A stretch of 64,000 bases of DNA from Oceanispirochaeta sp. (GTDB lineage: Bacteria > Spirochaetota > Spirochaetia > DSM-2461): NCBI GenBank assembly GCA_963666275.2, contig CAXXOA010000001.1:416001-480000 (forward strand), given 5' to 3'. Shown in pieces: positions 61,984-64,000 of this stretch; within the stretch, counting starts at the first letter, position 1; each line of letters opens with the position of its first letter. The notes under the pieces were generated by a model, which searched no databases, was not told the origin of the DNA, and worked only from the letters and a program-made list of their open reading frames with translations. Both the position numbers and the translations under genes were made by a program.

Positions 61984-61999
61984 AGTTTCTTTTCCCTCC

Positions 62000-64000
62000 T
62001 TATAAAGTCATGGGATTGGGTTTTGACGGATCAATTTTGTACTTTTTCACTGCTTTTGCCGCAACAGAGGCTTCCAGGTCTCCCTGGTCAGCCAGTCCTT
62101 TCAGGGCGGCAACGGTGATGTAGTATCTGTCTATTTCAAAGAATTTCCGCAGCTGTTCTCTCGAATCACTTCGTCCGTACCCGTCTGTTCCCAGGATGGT
62201 CAGGTTTCCGGGGATAAACCGCCTGATCTGTTCGGGATAGGCTCGAATATAGTCTGTACTGATCACCACGGGGCCCTGATGACCTTTCATCTGCTGCGTG
62301 AGATAGGGCTCTTTGGGAGTCTTGTCCGGATGTGTCAGATTCCATCGTTCACATTCCGCCCCCTCTCTGGCAAGCTGGTTGATTCCCGGGACTGACCAGA
62401 TTTCCGATTCCACATCCCAGTCCTCCTTCAGAAGGACTGCTGCCGCAAGAACTTCCTGCAGGATACTTCCGCTTCCCATAAGCTGAACGGTTTTTCCTTT
62501 TCCTTCGGCTTTCCGGAACAGATAGGCTCCCTGACGGATCCCTTCCTCCACGCCTTCGGGCATGGCCGGCTGAGGATAGTTTTCATTGGTTATGGCGATA
62601 TAGTAGAAAACACTTTCCATATCTTCGTACATCCGTTTAAGCCCGTCCTGAATAATCACGGCCAGTTCGTATCCGAAGGAAGGATCGTAAGACAGGCAGG
62701 AGGGTATGGTCGCCGCCATGATGAGGCTGTGTCCGTCTTCATGCTGCAGCCCCTCTCCGTTCAGGGTTGTCCTTCCCGAGGTAGCTCCCAGCAGGAAGCC
62801 TTTGGCCCGGATATCTCCGGCCGCCCAGGCCAGATCTCCGATCCTCTGAAAACCGAACATGGAGTAGAAAATATAGAAGGGGATCATATTGATTCCGTAG
62901 TGGGAGTAGGCCGTTCCGGCTGCCAGCCAGGAGGACATGGATCCGGCTTCGTTGATTCCCTCTTCCAGGATCTGTCCGTTCTTCTCTTCCTTGTACCACA
63001 TGACCGAATCCGAATCCTGCGGTTCATAGAGCTGACCGAAGGGGGCGTAGATTCCCAGCTGTCGGAACATACCCTCCATTCCGAAGGTCCTGGCTTCATC
63101 GGGAACGATGGGAACAACATTCTTCCCTATCTGTTTGTCCCTGGCCAGAGTACTCAGGAGCCTCACAAACGCCATGGTTGTGGACATATCTTTATCACCC
63201 GAACCTTTCAGGATGGAAGAAAAGTTTTCCAGCGGAATGGCTTTGATGGGATTGCATTCGGTATTCCGTGCGGGAAGGGGCCCGCCCAGTTTCTCTCTTG
63301 TCTCCTGCAGAAACTTCATGACTTTGCTGTCAGGTTCAGGTTTGATAAAGGGAAGATCATACACTTCATCGTCCTTCAGAGGCAGATGGAAACGGTCTCT
63401 GAATCCCTTCAGGGACTCCATGTCCATCTTTTTCTGAGAGTGGGTGGCATTGGCCGCTTCTCCCGCTGCCCCCATACCGAATCCCTTGACGGTTTTGGCA
63501 AGGATCACAGTAGGCTGACCCTTATGTTTTACAGCCGAAGCATAGGCGGCATAGACCTTCCGGGGGTCGTGTCCACCCCGGCTCAGCTTGAATATATCGT
63601 TATCACTCAGGTCCTTCACCAGCTCCAGGAGTTCCGGGTATTTACCGAAAAAGTGCTCTCTGGCGTAGGCGCCGCCCCGGGCTTTGTAGGACTGGTACTC
63701 TCCGTCAACGACTTCGTTCATCCGTTTTACCAGCAGTCCGGACTTGTCCTTTGCCAGAAGGGAATCCCATTCGGTTCCCCAGATGACTTTGATCACATTC
63801 CATCCGGCTCCCCGGAAGTTCCCTTCCAGTTCCTGGATGATTTTGCCGTTTCCCCGGACGGGGCCGTCCAGACGCTGCAGATTGCAGTTTACAACAAATA
63901 TCAGGTTATCCAGTTTCTCCCGGGCCGCCAAAGCTATGGCTCCCTGGGTTTCCGGTTCATCCGTCTCACCGTCTCCCAGGAAGGCCCATACTTTCCGTTC
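62000..64000 (-). CDS. aceE: Pyruvate dehydrogenase E1, homodimeric AceE type, 5' end outside the window
   Basis: The frame stays open to the window edge (ERKVWAFLGDGETDEPE, the ThDP GDG motif). NLQRLDGPV, YSMFGFQR and GEGLQH motifs are present. Confidence 0.96.
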   Translation of the reverse strand, partial: ERKVWAFLGDGETDEPETQGAIALAAREKLDNLIFVVNCNLQRLDGPVRGNGKIIQELEGNFRGAGWNVIKVIWGTEWDSLLAKDKSGLLVKRMNEVVDGEYQSYKARGGAYAREHFFGKYPELLELVKDLSDNDIFKLSRGGHDPRKVYAAYASAVKHKGQPTVILAKTVKGFGMGAAGEAANATHSQKKMDMESLKGFRDRFHLPLKDDEVYDLPFIKPEPDSKVMKFLQETREKLGGPLPARNTECNPIKAIPLENFSSILKGSGDKDMSTTMAFVRLLSTLARDKQIGKNVVPIVPDEARTFGMEGMFRQLGIYAPFGQLYEPQDSDSVMWYKEEKNGQILEEGINEAGSMSSWLAAGTAYSHYGINMIPFYIFYSMFGFQRIGDLAWAAGDIRAKGFLLGATSGRTTLNGEGLQHEDGHSLIMAATIPSCLSYDPSFGYELAVIIQDGLKRMYEDMESVFYYIAITNENYPQPAMPEGVEEGIRQGAYLFRKAEGKGKTVQLMGSGSILQEVLAAAVLLKEDWDVESEIWSVPGINQLAREGAECERWNLTHPDKTPKEPYLTQQMKGHQGPVVISTDYIRAYPEQIRRFIPGNLTILGTDGYGRSDSREQLRKFFEIDRYYITVAALKGLADQGDLEASVAAKAVKKYKIDPSKPNPMTL

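Overview
This is a 64-kb stretch of bacterial chromosome, most likely from a free-living Spirochaetaceae species (inferred from a PilZN3-type protein and a GGSQE-type signal peptide). It is densely coding. I saw no rRNA, tRNA, CRISPR array or transposase. In order, it contains: a partial class II aldolase; an alpha-2-macroglobulin/PBP1C locus flanked by ankyrin and LRR proteins; MFS, racemase, LysM, miaB, esterase and PilZN3 genes; a methionine operon (split MetH, a rubredoxin missing from the ORF track, YitJ, prs); an ECF pantothenate-type transporter with type III pantothenate kinase; EAL-CBS-GGDEF, glycosyltransferase, lipoprotein, patatin, receiver and adenylate cyclase genes; a sigma-54 two-component system upstream of a TolC-MFP-RND-PG0541 efflux operon; a composite REP-like tandem repeat; GntR with two tandem GntP permeases; an orphan formate dehydrogenase alpha subunit; a sirtuin; a FecCD-type ABC importer with an NTPase; and aceE-aceF-lpdA. 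The most notable signal is a pair of covarying hairpins with two bulged A residues each, resembling the pan RNA motif. They sit at two separate ribosome-binding sites of the ECF-coaX operon, and the first occludes the SD of a 24-codon uORF. Other highlights are the rubredoxin inside a split methionine synthase operon, a probable CTG start for pbpC, Pho-box-like 11-bp repeat arrays, and several probable leaderless genes. All calls come from reading motifs by eye; no database searches were run.
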